A stretch of DNA of 64,000 bases from the NCBI GenBank assembly GCA_030704615.1, contig CM060733.1, positions 3,100,001 through 3,164,000 of the forward strand, in the 5' to 3' direction. The stretch comes from Takakia lepidozioides (Eukaryota > Plantae > Bryophyta). The stretch's first letter is position 1. The number at the start of each line of letters is the position of its first letter. Positions 62,753 to 64,000 of the stretch are shown here, one piece after another. A program made the position numbers and the translations under genes. The notes below the pieces were generated by a model. That model saw only the letters and a list, made by a program, of their open reading frames with translations, was not told the DNA's origin and made no database searches.

Positions 62753-64000
62753 ATGGGAAGAGAGGGGGAGTGGTCAGCACCGCAGGGACCACCTGGAGCT
62801 CAAAGTACAGGGTATGCAGGACCGGCTTCATATCCAGGGACGCAGTATCCGCAGGGCAGTGGCCTGACCCCGCCAGGTGCCACACAACCGCCCCAGTCTT
62901 GGGGGCCTCCTCTAAGAGGGGCAGCCCCATCTCAGGTTGCTGGAGGTCTTCCACCTCCATGGGCTGCTCAAGGGCAGCCGCCACAGTGGGCAGGTCCTCC
63001 TAGTGGAGCAGGTGGTCCTCTGTTCATGCCTTCTGGTCCACCTAATGCAGGTCCCCCTGGGTCGGGACCAATGGGCGTTCGCCCTTACGGACCTCCTCCA
63101 TCAATGGTGGCCGGACAAATGTATGGCGCCGGGCCTCCTCCTCCAAGTGGTTCCTTTAGACCCCCACAACAACAGCCAGGGCCACCGGGGGTACCACAAA
63201 CAGGGCCTACAACCAATGCTGCTCGAGGACCGTCCAATCCTCCTCCAGGTCAGTAGTCTAGACCCTCTAGCAGCATTCAGAGAGATGGAGGTGCAATGCT
63301 CTGTTGCAGAGGCTGTGAATCACCCCTTCTGAGTTTGTGACCGACCCTGCTGCTGGGTGTCTGTCAATTGCTGTTTAGCAGCCAACCTGAGTGGTGTGAA
63401 GCTTGTGATGCTGGACTGATTTGTGGCCTCTAGTTATGGAGTAGAAGATGATCTGTGAATGGAGGTCATAGGGCCTTATTCTGTTTTCGAGCAACTTTTT
63501 TTTTTTCATTACTGCATGCTGGACTCATTAGCATTCCCAAATTCACTGCATCCGTTGCTAGAGTTAAAAAAGGATTATTTGCTATAGCACGTTCTACATT
63601 ACATGTGATAGCACAATTGCATTTCAACACCAAAGTCAATTGTGCAGGATCTCTTGGAACACCTTCAGGGCCGACCCTTGCTGGATACCCACCAAACAGT
63701 GGTCCGGGTGGAGCCAGCAGGCCAATTTTTTCCCAGCCTCTGTTCTCTTCTCCAGTGCCTCAGCCACCAAGGCCTCAGGGTCCTCCGAGCATCTCATCAA
63801 GCAGTCTCTACACACCTGGACCCCCTCAGGCAAATGGCCCATATTCGCAAGGCCAACCCCAGGCACCTCCTTCAAGCAGTCCCTATGCATCTGGCCAACC
63901 CCAAGGCCAGATTCCCCAGCTGTCAGCTCAAGCTCCTCGTCCAGCTATGGGCCCTCCGTCAAATCAGTTCCTGAACCAAAATGCAAACCAGGGACCCTCA
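62753..64000 (+). CDS. 5' part of a host gene with a long Pro/Gly/Gln/Ser-rich N-terminus (possibly Sec24-like); continues beyond the window
   Basis: Exon 62753-63248 (CAG|GTCAGT, phase 1) splices in frame to an exon starting at 63648 (TGCAG|), which stays open to the window end. The identity is a guess from composition only. Confidence 0.75.

Overview
TE-dense eukaryotic DNA, most likely from a non-seed land plant (bryophyte, lycophyte or fern-like). This is inferred from spliceosomal introns, PLS-class PPR fragments, a CYP85-clan P450 and plant-type TEs. Host genes: a 9-exon CYP707-like cytochrome P450 (17762-21858, +) and the Pro/Gly-rich 5' end of a gene running off the right edge (62753->64000, +). 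The rest is nested mobile DNA: a decayed CACTA/EnSpm element with a SET-domain gene inside it; L1 and RTE LINE fragments; a Copia remnant; tRNA-derived SINEs; a B-box minisatellite; and a Ty3/Gypsy element with a dUTPase-like domain, interrupted by two DNA transposons. The first of these is a 4.9-kb Pack-CACTA carrying PPR plus tandem OSB-type 'PDF' motif gene fragments. The second is the best candidate for an undescribed system: a 12.9-kb Mutator-like element (45480-58407, TSD CTTACCATG). It has a GCM-type zinc finger/DDE/SWIM transposase on the minus strand. On the plus strand it has a divergent spliced gene fusing a ParB/Srx-like domain (DGNHR) to a beta-class N6A/N4C DNA-methyltransferase-like domain. 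A 25-copy 116-bp array of GCAA-tetraloop hairpins sits in that gene's apparent first intron and shares a motif with the element's terminus. All domain calls come from motif recognition by eye, not database searches. Many 1-bp frameshifts may be decay or assembly indels.
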